Assembly: GCA_024231215.1 (NCBI GenBank)
Contig: JAAEQR010000072.1
Location: forward strand, 513,210-577,209
Origin: PVC group bacterium
GTDB lineage: Bacteria; Omnitrophota; Gorgyraeia; B26-G9
Length of the DNA: 64,000 bases
Direction of reading: 5' to 3'
In this document: positions 17,829-27,386 of the stretch, one piece after another
Position numbering within the stretch: the first letter of the stretch is position 1
Layout of the letters: each line of letters starts with the position of its first letter
The notes under the pieces: generated by a model
What the model saw: the letters and a program-made list of their open reading frames with translations, nothing else
Database searches by the model: none
What the model was told of the DNA's origin: nothing
Made by a program: the position numbers and the translations under genes

Positions 17829-18329
17829 ATGGTTTGTCCAGCATGTCAAAAGGAAATGGTTGCTAAGGATTTTGGCGGGGTAATGGTTGATGTTTGTGAA
17901 GATGGTTGTCATGGTATATGGTTTGACTGGATGGAATTATGCAAGCTTGATGAGCAGAACGAAGGTCTTGGTAATGCCCTGAATAATGCTTTAACCCATG
18001 AGCGTGCAAATGATGAGAACCGGGGACAGATAAAATGTCCGAAATGCAGCCTTTTAATGCATATACATAAGTATGAGTCGGCAAAAGAGATAAATGTTGA
18101 TGAATGCTATGCTTGCGGCGGATTTTTTCTTGATTCAGGGGAACTGAGAACGATTCGGGATAATTTTATGAGCGAAGAAGAGCGTGAAGCTTATACGCAG
18201 AAGCTTTTAGACGGAAATTCTGAGTTTCAGAAGGCAGAAGATGCGCTGGATAAGGATAAGGCGCGTGATGAAGCTATTCGCAAATATACGAGATTCATGA
18301 GATTGAGCTACTATTGTACCGGCAAATAG
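17829..18329 (+). CDS. Tandem zinc-ribbon protein (zf-TFIIB-like CPxC...C..C repeated twice) with an acidic/basic C-terminal tail
   Basis: Two zinc ribbons: CPACQ...CEDGCHG and CPKCS...CYACGG. The start is ATG at 17829, behind the RBS GGAAGGGAGG. Confidence 0.55.
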   Translation: MVCPACQKEMVAKDFGGVMVDVCEDGCHGIWFDWMELCKLDEQNEGLGNALNNALTHERANDENRGQIKCPKCSLLMHIHKYESAKEINVDECYACGGFFLDSGELRTIRDNFMSEEEREAYTQKLLDGNSEFQKAEDALDKDKARDEAIRKYTRFMRLSYYCTGK

Positions 18330-18484
18330 CTGTATAAAAAATGGCTTAACAAAGAATCTTTTTAAAAACTTTTTTTAAAGAATAAATTTTTTAGGGGCAG
18401 GGTGTTTAAATAATTTAGAATGGACAACGTTGTAACATCCTGAAAATAAAGTAGTTATGATTACAGCATGCTTTTCGCCTACCC

Positions 18485-18513
18485 TTGACAGCAGTACATT
18501 CCTATGGTATACT
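18485..18513 (+). promoter_or_regulatory. Promoter-like TTGACA-N17-TATACT inside the 18330-18654 intergenic region
   Basis: Hexamers read from the sequence. Confidence 0.35.
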
Positions 18514-18567
18514 TGCACTAACTTTATAAAAGAATGGACGGATTATAGTAATTAATAGGTTTAGGGG

Positions 18568-18594
18568 GCAGGGTATATAATACCTGCTTTTTTT
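18568..18594 (+). terminator. Hairpin GCAGGGTAT...ATACCTGC followed by a T7 run; terminator-like
   Basis: Read from the sequence. It lies about 55 nt downstream of the promoter-like element, which would define a transcript of about 75 nt. Confidence 0.4.
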
Positions 18595-18654
18595 GTTGAA
18601 TTTGTAGAGAGTGGGGCTCTTATTATATAAAATAACAAAAACCAGGAGGGGGAT

Positions 18655-19611
18655 TTGAAGTTAAAAAAATTATATGATTTAATCATAGAGCTGGGGATTG
18701 CGAAGGATCCAAGGGGAAAAGCAAAGGTTTCAAAGGAATTACAGAAGGTAAAAAAGCAGTACGAGAAGTTAAGTGATTCGGAAAAGAAAGAGTTTGATAC
18801 AGATAGATTTAAGAACCCATATAGTGATACAAGGATTCTTAATGGAAGTATAGAAGCAGAGATAAAGAAAGTTTTAGTTGGAGTTGATATTGATCCGAGT
18901 GAAGTTCTTCTGGCTGATAGGTTGAATGAGAAGGGAAAGAAGATCGATTTGATCGTTGCTCATCATCCGGAAGGAAGGGCTTTGGCGGCATTGTATCAGG
19001 TTATGTATATGCAGGCGGATATTGTAAGTAGTCGCGGTGTTCCGATTACAGTTGCTGAAGGACTTATAAAAGAACGTATGAGCGAGGTAGAAAGAAGGTT
19101 GTTGCCGGTAAATCATACTAAAACTGCGGATACTGCGCGTTTGTTGAATATACCGTTAATGTGTGTGCATACTCCGGCGGATAATCATGTAGCTACTTTC
19201 TTGCAGAATTTGCTGGATAAAAAGTCTCCGGAAACAGTAGGAGAGCTTATTGATATATTAAAAGGTATTCCGGAATATAAAGCAGCAATTAAGGATAATG
19301 CCGGACCGAAGATATTTAACGGTTCAAAAACAAACCAGGCTGGAAAGATATTTGTCGATATGACCGGTGGAACCGGTGGATCAAAAGATATATTTAAAAA
19401 TTTATCGCAAGCGGGAATTGGAACGGTTGTTGGTATGCATATTGGAGAAGAACATCTGAAGAAGGCTAAGGCCGAGCACCTTAATGTGGTTATTGCCGGG
19501 CATATTTCTTCGGATAATATAGGATTGAATCTCATATTGGATGCTATCGAGAGAAAACAACGCTTGGACGTTATTGCATGCTCTGGTTTCATGCGTGTAA
19601 AAAGAAAATAA
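18655..19611 (+). CDS. Nif3-family (YqfO/YbgI-like) dinuclear metal-centre protein
   Basis: The LIVAHHP motif. It lies immediately upstream of dnaG-rpoD; Nif3 is conserved in this neighbourhood in many bacteria. TTG start. Confidence 0.55.
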   Translation: MKLKKLYDLIIELGIAKDPRGKAKVSKELQKVKKQYEKLSDSEKKEFDTDRFKNPYSDTRILNGSIEAEIKKVLVGVDIDPSEVLLADRLNEKGKKIDLIVAHHPEGRALAALYQVMYMQADIVSSRGVPITVAEGLIKERMSEVERRLLPVNHTKTADTARLLNIPLMCVHTPADNHVATFLQNLLDKKSPETVGELIDILKGIPEYKAAIKDNAGPKIFNGSKTNQAGKIFVDMTGGTGGSKDIFKNLSQAGIGTVVGMHIGEEHLKKAKAEHLNVVIAGHISSDNIGLNLILDAIERKQRLDVIACSGFMRVKRK

Positions 19612-19612
19612 A

Positions 19613-21400
19613 ATGAGTAGAATTCCCGAACAAATATTAGAAGATATTCAGCAGCGTTTGGATATTGTTGAAATAGTTTCATCATATATCCCGCTAAAAA
19701 GAGCGGGAAGGAATTTTAAAGCATGCTGTCCTTTCCATCATGAAAAGACAGGATCGTTCATTGTTAGTCCGGATAAACAGATCTTTCACTGTTTTGGTTG
19801 TGGAGTAGGCGGAGATGTTTTTAGTTTTCTGATGAAATATGAACGTATGGAGTTTCCTGAAGCAGTGAAAATGCTGGCTGATAAGGCCGGGATTGATTTT
19901 GTGCAGGAGAAAACAAAGGATTCTTCACAGGTTGATTCTGTGTCGAAGGTTTTATATGAAGTAAATGAGCTGGCGGCTTTGTATTTTCAGCATATTTTAG
20001 TAAAGGATTCTCAGGCTGGAATTGCGCGTAAATATTTAAGCGGCAGAGGACTTACTCCGGAAAGTATTAAACGTTTTCGTCTGGGATTTGCCGGAGCGCA
20101 ATGGGATGGCCTGGTATTATTTTTACGTAAAAAAGGTATAAGTGATGCGTTGCTTGTCCGTTCAGGTGTTGCGCTTAAAAGCTCCCAGGGAAAAGTATAT
20201 GACCGGTTTAGAAACAGGGTAATGTTTCCGATTTTTAATCATCGGGGAAAAATTATTGGGTTTGGAGGCCGGATATTAGAAAGCACTGATACCGGAGGGC
20301 CTAAATATGTTAATTCTCCGGAGACGGAAATTTATAAAAAAAGTAAAACTCTTTATGGGTTTAATTTTAGTAAAGAATTTGTAAGTAAACAAAATTATTG
20401 TGTTGTTGTTGAAGGATATTTAGATTTCATTATCCCGTTTCAAGCCGGAATGAAAAATTTGGTGGCTTCTTCGGGAACGGCGTTTACGATAGATCACATA
20501 CGATTGATAAAACGGTATACCTCTAATCTGGTTATTGTTTTTGATGCAGATGATGCTGGTCGGGAAGCTGCTTTGCGCAGTCTTGATCCGCTGATTGAAG
20601 AGGGTATGAATGTGCGTATTGTGAATCTTGAGCCGGGATTCGATCCGGATAGCTGGGTGCGTGCTAAAGGAGCGGAAGGTTTCAGCCGGAGTATTGATGC
20701 GGCAAAGAATTTATTTGATTTTAAATTAGGATTGTTGCTTGATAGATTTAAACGGGATGTGCCGGAAGAAAAAGCGCAAATTGCGCATGAGATGTTGAGC
20801 ACAATTAAAAAAGTAAGTAATGCGGTGATCCGGGCGAGTTATATTAAAAAGCTTTCGGAAACGATTAATGTCCCGGAAGAAGCTTTATTGGCAGAACTGC
20901 AGAAAGTTAAAGTATCTGTTGCATATGAAAGGAAAAGAGACGATTCTTATAATCAAGGGGTAACTAATGTTTCTAGTGCCGCGGAAAAAATGTTGCTTTC
21001 TCTGATGTTTGAAAATGAGAAGTTCATTAGCCAGGGCAAAGAGTCGATTAGTTGCGATGAGTTTAAGGATCCTACGATAAAAAAGATTACTAAGTATTTG
21101 TATGAGGCAAAAGAAGCAACTGCTCCGGTAACAATACTTAGTAAGGTCAATGATCCGGAAGTGAAGTCATTTATCAGCAGTCTTCTTGTTGCTGATTTAG
21201 GGATTAATGACCAGCAGAAAAGTTTTGATGACTGTGTTCGAAAGATCAAAAAGGACGCGGTGAAAATGCAGATTACGATGATACAAAAGGATATTAATCG
21301 AGCTGCGCAGGATGATGGTGATACAGAGAAATTACACGGTTTATATAAAAGGTTTCACCTTTTAAAAAAGGAGCTGAAAATTTATGAAGAAGGCAACTAA
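19613..21400 (+). CDS. dnaG: DNA primase
   Basis: A CHC2 zinc finger ([11 protein letters not shown]...FHCFGCG), a TOPRIM domain (EGYLD...DAD) and a C-terminal helical domain. Confidence 0.9.
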   Translation: MSRIPEQILEDIQQRLDIVEIVSSYIPLKRAGRNFKACCPFHHEKTGSFIVSPDKQIFHCFGCGVGGDVFSFLMKYERMEFPEAVKMLADKAGIDFVQEKTKDSSQVDSVSKVLYEVNELAALYFQHILVKDSQAGIARKYLSGRGLTPESIKRFRLGFAGAQWDGLVLFLRKKGISDALLVRSGVALKSSQGKVYDRFRNRVMFPIFNHRGKIIGFGGRILESTDTGGPKYVNSPETEIYKKSKTLYGFNFSKEFVSKQNYCVVVEGYLDFIIPFQAGMKNLVASSGTAFTIDHIRLIKRYTSNLVIVFDADDAGREAALRSLDPLIEEGMNVRIVNLEPGFDPDSWVRAKGAEGFSRSIDAAKNLFDFKLGLLLDRFKRDVPEEKAQIAHEMLSTIKKVSNAVIRASYIKKLSETINVPEEALLAELQKVKVSVAYERKRDDSYNQGVTNVSSAAEKMLLSLMFENEKFISQGKESISCDEFKDPTIKKITKYLYEAKEATAPVTILSKVNDPEVKSFISSLLVADLGINDQQKSFDDCVRKIKKDAVKMQITMIQKDINRAAQDDGDTEKLHGLYKRFHLLKKELKIYEEGN

Positions 21401-23261
21401 GAAAAAAAATAAGAAAGTTGTCAAGAAGCTGGCGAAAAAGACTGTGAAGAAGACTGCTAAGAAAACCGCAAAGAAGGTTGTAAAGAAGATTGCAAAGAAG
21501 GCGGTAAAAAAGACTGTGAAAAAGACAGTCAGAAAAGCAGTAAAGAAGACGGTCAAGAAAGCAGTGAAGAAGGCAACGAAAAAAACTGTGAAGAAGATTG
21601 AGAAGAAGACTGTCTTGCGTACTGTGAAAAAAGCAGTTAAAAAGAGGCCGGTGAGTAAGTCGGTGGTGAAAAAATCAGTGGCTAACGTGGTGAAAAACGG
21701 CATACGCAATATTAAAGGCTTGAGTAAGCTTATTGCCGCTGGGAAACAGAAAGGTTTTCTTACTTTTGATGAGTTGAATCATTTCTTGCCGGAAAATATT
21801 GTGACTTCAGAAGAGATCGATGAAATACTTACGGTTTTAGACGGAGAGAATATCGACGTAGTTGATTCCGAAGAAGATGCTGTTAAATTGGCTGAAAAAA
21901 GAGGCGATGAGGAAGAAAAAACGACGACTACTACGGCTTCAGAAGGAAGTGTTCCGACATATGTAGAAGATCCGGTTAGGATGTATTTAAGACAGATGGG
22001 ACAGATACCTCTTTTGTCCAGGGAAGAAGAGTTGAAACTGGCTAAAGAGATTGAGGCAGCTGAATCGAAATTCAGAAGGGCGATTTTGGGTTCTAATGTA
22101 GCTCGGTACGAGGTATTAAGAATTGCAAATCAGATTATCAATAAAGAAGTTAATCCTGAAGAAGTCGTGCGTGATGAGTTTAATATGAAATATAGCCGGT
22201 TGCTTCGTCGTGTAACTAAAATTACGGCCAGACTGCGTACTGTGCGTAAAGCGGAAAGTATTCTGGATACATTGTTGGAATTCAATTTGACAGTGTCGAT
22301 GATCGAAAAGATTACTAAGATGATCAGAAGAAAAGCAGAAATGATCTCCGAAATAGAAAGGGAGATCAACCGGCAGCGTCATAAGAAGATACGTGGGCAA
22401 ATACAGAAACTTCAGCTTAAGAAAGCAAAGATCTATCGAGAGTTTGGGATGAAGATAGAAGATATCCGTAAGATGCTGCGCAATATGAAGCGCAAGGAAA
22501 ACGAATTTGGTTTGACTAAAAAAGCTTTGGTTGAAGCGAATTTGCGTTTAGTTGTTAGTATTGCTAAAAAATATACTAATCGCGGCTTATCTTTCCTGGA
22601 TCTTATTCAGGAGGGAAATATCGGATTGATGAAAGCAGTTGATAAGTTTGAGTATAAGCGTGGTTATAAGTTCAGTACTTATGCAACCTGGTGGATTAGA
22701 CAGGCAATTACTCGGTCTATTGCTGATCAGTCAAGAACGATCAGAATTCCGGTGCATATGACCGAAACTATAAACAAGCTTATTCGGGCTTCCCGGTTTC
22801 TTGTTCAGGAGCATGGCCGGGAGCCGACTCCTGAAGAGTTAAGTTCAGTAATGAAGATGTCTGTAGATAAGATTAGAGGCATTTTAAAAATTGCCCAAGA
22901 ACCGATTTCCCTGCAGACACCGATAGGTGAAGAGGGAGATACTCATTTTGGTGATTTTATTGAAGATAAGCGTGTGGTTAGTCCGGCTACGGCTACGGCG
23001 CATTCGATGCTTAAAGAACAGATGGAACAGGTGATGGAAACGCTCTCTGACAGAGAAAAGAGGGTATTGATATTGCGCTTTGGGATAAAAGACGGGTACC
23101 CTCGTACTTTAGAAGAAGTCGGAAAAGTATTTAATGTTACCCGTGAAAGGGTGCGTCAGATAGAAGCAAAGGCTTTAAGGAAACTGCGTCATCCAACGCG
23201 AAGTAAAAAACTGCGTGATTTTCTCGAAATTACAATGGGAGAACATCGCGATTTCTTATAA
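21384..23261 (+). CDS. rpoD: RNA polymerase sigma-70 factor RpoD with an N-terminal extension of roughly 90 aa made of lysine-rich KKxVKK repeats
   Basis: Regions 1.2, 2 ([12 protein letters not shown]) and 3/4 are canonical. The N-terminus is about 20 copies of (K/A/T)KKxVKK. Confidence 0.9.
   Translation: MKKATKKKNKKVVKKLAKKTVKKTAKKTAKKVVKKIAKKAVKKTVKKTVRKAVKKTVKKAVKKATKKTVKKIEKKTVLRTVKKAVKKRPVSKSVVKKSVANVVKNGIRNIKGLSKLIAAGKQKGFLTFDELNHFLPENIVTSEEIDEILTVLDGENIDVVDSEEDAVKLAEKRGDEEEKTTTTTASEGSVPTYVEDPVRMYLRQMGQIPLLSREEELKLAKEIEAAESKFRRAILGSNVARYEVLRIANQIINKEVNPEEVVRDEFNMKYSRLLRRVTKITARLRTVRKAESILDTLLEFNLTVSMIEKITKMIRRKAEMISEIEREINRQRHKKIRGQIQKLQLKKAKIYREFGMKIEDIRKMLRNMKRKENEFGLTKKALVEANLRLVVSIAKKYTNRGLSFLDLIQEGNIGLMKAVDKFEYKRGYKFSTYATWWIRQAITRSIADQSRTIRIPVHMTETINKLIRASRFLVQEHGREPTPEELSSVMKMSVDKIRGILKIAQEPISLQTPIGEEGDTHFGDFIEDKRVVSPATATAHSMLKEQMEQVMETLSDREKRVLILRFGIKDGYPRTLEEVGKVFNVTRERVRQIEAKALRKLRHPTRSKKLRDFLEITMGEHRDFL
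21400..21665 (+). repeat. In-frame tandem 18/21-bp coding repeats (AAG AAG rich) that encode the lysine-rich RpoD extension
   Basis: The repeated aagaag(a/g)ctgt(g/c)aag units are directly visible. Confidence 0.7.
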
Positions 23262-23282
23262 TCCAATGCAAATTCTGGGATT

Positions 23283-23320
23283 TAATAAGCCGATAGGAGT
23301 ATTCCTATCGGCTTATTAAT
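23283..23320 (+). terminator. Long perfect hairpin (16-bp stem TAATAAGCCGATAGGA with loop GTATT) downstream of rpoD
   Basis: Inverted repeat read from the sequence. There is no strong T-run after it, so it may be a terminator or an RNase processing site. Confidence 0.5.
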
Positions 23321-23324
23321 GTCC

Positions 23325-23353
23325 TTGACTTCCCTCGGTAATTCTGCTATTAT
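23325..23353 (+). promoter_or_regulatory. Promoter TTGACT-N17-TATTAT upstream of the tRNA pair
   Basis: Hexamers read from the sequence. Confidence 0.45.
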
Positions 23354-23374
23354 TTAATCTTGTTATTTTCATGT

Positions 23375-23451
23375 GGGCCCGTAGCTCAGTTGGTTAGAGC
23401 AGGAGACTCATAATCTCTTGGTCCGGGGTTCGAGTCCCTGCGGGCCCACCA
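23375..23451 (+). tRNA. tRNA with anticodon CAT: elongator Met or Ile2 (lysidine). Pair 1:72 is G:C, so it is not an initiator tRNA
   Basis: Acceptor GGGCCCG/CGGGCCC; D-arm GCTCAGTTGGTTAGAGC; anticodon loop CTCATAA; T-arm GGTTCGAGTCC; CCA encoded. Confidence 0.85.
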
Positions 23452-23456
23452 TTTTT

Positions 23457-23533
23457 GGGCGATTAGCTCAGTTGGTTGGAGCGCTGCGTTCACATCGCAG
23501 AGGTCACTGGTTCGAGTCCAGTATCGCCCACCA
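23457..23533 (+). tRNA. tRNA-Val (anticodon CAC)
   Basis: Acceptor GGGCGAT/ATCGCCC; anticodon stem CTGCG/CGCAG with loop TTCACAT; T-arm GGTTCGAGTCC; CCA encoded. Confidence 0.85.
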
Positions 23534-23600
23534 GTAATTGAGTTAAAATTGATATTTAATTATATTTTAATAATCTAATAAGAGAGGAACTCACCGAAAA

Positions 23601-24311
23601 ATGAAAGATTTAGATAAGCTGATAAGATTGCAGGAGATAGATTCTCAGATCTTTAAATTAAAAAGTGAATTAGAATCAGATCCTCAGAAAATTGCAGCAT
23701 TGGAGTCGGATTTTCAGTCTGCTTCTGAGAGCTTAACACATTTAGAGGGTGAGTTAAAACAGTTCCAATTAAAGCGTAAAGAAAAAGAACTGGATTTAGA
23801 CTCGAAAGAACAGAATATTGCAAAACAAAAAACCCAGCTTTTTCAGGTTAAATCAAATAAGGAATATAATGCTCTTCAGCTGGAGATAAACAAAGTCAAG
23901 GCGGATAATTCTTTACTTGAAGAAGAAATCATCGGAATTTTAGAACAAGTTGAGAAAGCTCAACAGGCGGTAGCGAAAGAAAAAGAAAACGTAGCCGTAA
24001 AGGATCAGGAATTTAAAAATCAGAAAAAAGAGATTGAGATTGCAATGACAGAGTTAAAGCAGCAGATAGACGGCTTGAAAGTAAAGCGGGATATTATCCA
24101 GAAGGAAGGGATTACTCCTGAGGTTCTAGAGTTGTATACTCGGATTATAGCCCATACCGGAGAGCTTGCGGTTGTTCCGGTTGTAACTGATGTATGTCAG
24201 GGATGTTTTCGTACTGTACGGGTGCAGATAGTTAATGAACTGCATTTGGGTAAATTGGTTACCTGTGAAAATTGTGCCAGAATTTTATATGTGGAAACAA
24301 ATGAAGAGTGA
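23601..24311 (+). CDS. Zinc-ribbon coiled-coil protein (COG1579 / DUF164 type)
   Basis: A long coiled coil followed by a C-terminal CQGC...CENC zinc ribbon. This family is commonly found next to rnhA and rnpB. Confidence 0.7.
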   Translation: MKDLDKLIRLQEIDSQIFKLKSELESDPQKIAALESDFQSASESLTHLEGELKQFQLKRKEKELDLDSKEQNIAKQKTQLFQVKSNKEYNALQLEINKVKADNSLLEEEIIGILEQVEKAQQAVAKEKENVAVKDQEFKNQKKEIEIAMTELKQQIDGLKVKRDIIQKEGITPEVLELYTRIIAHTGELAVVPVVTDVCQGCFRTVRVQIVNELHLGKLVTCENCARILYVETNEE

Positions 24312-24741
24312 AGCTGATTTTGTTATTTATATTGACGGGGCATCTTCTGGGAATCCGGGAGATGCGGCGATCGGCGTTGTAATCAGGGATTTAACGTCTC
24401 AAAAAGAAGAAACGATTTCTCAATATATAGGCAAGACAACTAATAATGTTGCTGAATACACAGCATTAATTATAGCTTTAGAAAAAGCTTTGAAAATGGG
24501 AGTTCAAAATGTATCGGTTAAAAGTGATAGTGAACTTCTGGTTAAGCAATTAAAAGGCGAATATAAAGTTAAAAGTGATAATTTAAAAGAGTTGAATATA
24601 AAAGCAGGTGCTTTGATCCGAAAATTTCCTTGTTTTAAAATAGAGCATGTTCGCCGGGAATTTAATAAAGAAGCGGATAAGCTAGCTAAACAGGGTGTTA
24701 CAGATTATAAGAGAGCAAGCCGGATGGTCGCTCCAGAGTAA
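24289..24741 (+). CDS. rnhA: Ribonuclease HI
   Basis: RNase H fold motifs (IYIDGAS...GNPG; EYTALI; KSDS; a C-terminal catalytic D). The start at 24289 overlaps the upstream gene by 23 nt. Confidence 0.8.
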   Translation: MWKQMKSEADFVIYIDGASSGNPGDAAIGVVIRDLTSQKEETISQYIGKTTNNVAEYTALIIALEKALKMGVQNVSVKSDSELLVKQLKGEYKVKSDNLKELNIKAGALIRKFPCFKIEHVRREFNKEADKLAKQGVTDYKRASRMVAPE

Positions 24742-25036
24742 TTTATTTTGGGGAGGAAAGTCCGAGCTCCACAGGGCAGCGTAGTGGGTAACGCCCACCC
24801 TTGTCTGTACATAGTACCGATGGGCGGATTAGAGCAGCAGTGACGATGTCTCGCTTCGGCGGGAAGTGAAACGTGGCAATCTCTACGTGGAGCAAGACCG
24901 AATAGGGGGAGGGTTGCCCGCCTGTTAGTCCCCGGGTTAGGTCGCAACGATTCTGCAGAGTAATCTGCAGGGCAAGATGAATGACTATCACCTCGACATG
25001 TTTGAGGCACAGAACTCGGCTTATAGGCTTGCTCTC
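24712..25036 (+). ncRNA. rnpB: RNase P RNA (bacterial type A)
   Basis: The universal P4 strands GGAGGAAAGTCCGAGCTCC ... ACAGAACTCGGCTTA, with a compensatory GAG/CTC change relative to the E. coli GGG/CCC. A 10-bp P1 pairs AGAGCAAGCC (24712-24721) with GGCTTGCTCT (25026-25035). Also present are AGGGCAG and a GGTAACGCC P-loop-like region. Confidence 0.85.
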
Positions 25037-25205
25037 TTTTATCATTCCTAGATCATATTATTCCTTCTTATCTGAAAAAATAATATTCTCAATAGGCTAC
25101 AAATATTAAGGAAAGGGATATTTCTATTGACTTAATACTTATAAATAGATTATAATAATGCCAAAGAAGTATATAAAAGGATGTTAACCTTTCCGGCAAA
25201 AGGAA

Positions 25206-27353
25206 TTGCGTAAGGTGCAGCGAAAAATAATCATAAAATTTATCGTTAGCGTTGTACTGTCATTAGGAATATTGTCTTTTCCTAATTCTTCGTGTTATGC
25301 CCAAAGCCTGGCTAAATTAAAAAAAATTTATCTCAAAAAAACAGAAAGCAGCCTGCAAATATTCCTGGAACATTCAAAGTCACCTGTCCGTTTTGACGTG
25401 GAAACCTCAGAGAAAAATCTAAAACTCAATGTTGATATTAGAGGTTCTAAGATTACTTTTAAAGAGTATGAAAATGCACCCATAGAAATACCGGTGAATG
25501 AACAAGGGGTAAAAAGGATTATTCTGGAAGAAAAATTTGATCATGAGCAAGTTCCGCCGCAGTCAGTTTCTATGATTGTAGAAATGAAGCAGCCTTTTAT
25601 TTATAGCCTGGATTCGCAGTGGAATGATCAATTTGTTGTAATAGAGATTACTCCTGATGATAAGGTTGTTTCAAAGACAAGCAGGGGGTCTAAAGTAGCA
25701 GCAACCGGTCCTTCTCAAAAGATTAAAAAAATTAGAAAAATAAAAGATAGAGAAGCTCAAAAAGCAAGGAAGCGTTTAGAGGCGTTTACGGAAAAAAAGA
25801 GATTAGAGTCTATTCAAAAGGAAACTAAGGAAAAACTCATTAAGGTTCGTAAGCAAGCCCAAGAACGAGTTGAATCCGGCAAACCGATCAAAGAAGCGTA
25901 TGAGAAGCTTAAAACAGAATCGAAAAAAAGAAAAATATCCAAAGTCCGAAAACAAAGTGCTGAAAATATTTTGTACAAAGATGTGAGCATGCCTTCTGAG
26001 TCCCAGCCAATCATCCGCCGTGGTACAGCATCTGAAACAGAAATTAAAAGTATTGAAGATTGTATAACTATTGCCATGGATAAAAATATCACGATTCAGA
26101 TTGCTAAGGAACAACGGGAATTATCCAGATTGCGAGTGAGGGAAGCTCGCCGCGCATTTTATCCGGCATTTTTGGGACAGTGGAGAGAAACGGATGGAAA
26201 AACTGTAAGTGAACCTTATCGAGGGCGTTCTTACGGATTTCAGATAGAGCAGGCTCTTTTTAGCGGCGGTAAACTTACGGCCACTTTACGTAAAGAACAG
26301 TTAGGAGAGTTGATTGCCCAGGGAAATTTAGAGAGAATGAAACAGGATGTTATTTTTAATGTAGGTAAAGCATATTATGAAATGGTTGCGGCAAAGAAGG
26401 TTGTTGATCAGATGAGGTTTTTAAAAGAGCGGGAGGTGAAAATTTTAGAGACAGTTGAGAAAGAGTTTAAAATATTCTCGGCAACGCCGGCAATACTGCT
26501 TACCGCCCAATCTCTTTATAATCAGGTATGTTTTCAGGTTACCTCGGCAGAAAGAGAATTCTTTCTAGCTAAGTTGAAGTTGGAAAAAGCGATGTTTACG
26601 GAAAATATTAATATCGACGGGCTCAACTATCATTTGCCGCGTCGTAGTATTACCACAAAGTTAGATGAATGTATGGATTTGGCATTTAGAAACAGGCCGG
26701 AGTTAAAGATACTTCAAAAATCTATAGAAGCAGCAAAATATGGTGAAGATATTATTCGAAGTGAAGAATTTCCTAATGTTAGCATTATTGGTAATTATGG
26801 CAGAAGCGGGGAAGCATTTGATCAGCGGGAACTTACTTTGGCTAAAGAGTGGAAGCTTATGGGGCAGGTAAAGTGGTTTCTGGGAGGTAATACAGTTGAA
26901 TCAGGATATACAAGAGATCAGGTTACGCCTTATAAAATTACTAAAACAGATACTAATTTAAAATCCCAGAGTTTTGATACAAAATTCTCCTTCTGGGATA
27001 ATCTGGCTCATTTTTCAAAACGTAAAGAAGCGCAAATTACGCGTAAGCAGGCGGAAAAAGACTTAGCGGAAATGCGTAATAAAATAAAGCAGGAAGTAGA
27101 AGATGCGTATTATTCATATATAAAATTTAATTCCCAGCTAGGGTTTTCTTTGAACGAAATTGGATTCAGGCGTAAGCAATTGGAAATAGCGAAGACGAAA
27201 AAGGGTATGAATGAAGCTAGTGGTGCTGAGGTTATGGATTCAGAACTCCAGTTGGCGCAGGCAAATGCCAACTATGCTCAAGCACTGGCGGCAATTAATG
27301 CCACAATTATAAGTTTGAACCGAGCGATTGGTGTTATCGGTTATTTTAAATAG
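25206..27353 (+). CDS. TolC-family outer-membrane efflux protein with an N-terminal extension of about 270 aa (signal peptide plus K/R/E-rich region)
   Basis: The C-terminal 440 aa are an OEP/TolC duplicated repeat. The start could be TTG at 25206 or GTG at 25215. Consensus-like promoter TTGACT-N17-TTATAA at about 25125. Confidence 0.75.
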   Translation: MRKVQRKIIIKFIVSVVLSLGILSFPNSSCYAQSLAKLKKIYLKKTESSLQIFLEHSKSPVRFDVETSEKNLKLNVDIRGSKITFKEYENAPIEIPVNEQGVKRIILEEKFDHEQVPPQSVSMIVEMKQPFIYSLDSQWNDQFVVIEITPDDKVVSKTSRGSKVAATGPSQKIKKIRKIKDREAQKARKRLEAFTEKKRLESIQKETKEKLIKVRKQAQERVESGKPIKEAYEKLKTESKKRKISKVRKQSAENILYKDVSMPSESQPIIRRGTASETEIKSIEDCITIAMDKNITIQIAKEQRELSRLRVREARRAFYPAFLGQWRETDGKTVSEPYRGRSYGFQIEQALFSGGKLTATLRKEQLGELIAQGNLERMKQDVIFNVGKAYYEMVAAKKVVDQMRFLKEREVKILETVEKEFKIFSATPAILLTAQSLYNQVCFQVTSAEREFFLAKLKLEKAMFTENINIDGLNYHLPRRSITTKLDECMDLAFRNRPELKILQKSIEAAKYGEDIIRSEEFPNVSIIGNYGRSGEAFDQRELTLAKEWKLMGQVKWFLGGNTVESGYTRDQVTPYKITKTDTNLKSQSFDTKFSFWDNLAHFSKRKEAQITRKQAEKDLAEMRNKIKQEVEDAYYSYIKFNSQLGFSLNEIGFRRKQLEIAKTKKGMNEASGAEVMDSELQLAQANANYAQALAAINATIISLNRAIGVIGYFK

Positions 27354-27386
27354 TGAAAAACATTGTAAATTGCCAAGGAGGATCAG

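Noticed and set aside
18330-18654. tmRNA, SRP RNA or 6S RNA in the 325-nt gap
   Set aside because: None of the conserved cores I know (tmRNA tag reading frame with tRNA-like ends, the SRP GGAA/AGCAG domain IV motif, the 6S central bubble) could be recognised by eye. Only a generic small-RNA hypothesis was kept.
21362-21709. Minus-strand 115-aa ORF encoding a Phe/Thr-rich repeat
   Set aside because: It is the antisense reading of the AAG-rich repeat that encodes the RpoD lysine tail, so it is spurious.
24705-25045. Two minus-strand ORFs (101 and 100 aa) with Cys/Pro-rich translations
   Set aside because: They lie entirely inside the RNase P RNA gene. Their GC-rich, structured sequence explains the open frames. 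No RBS is present.
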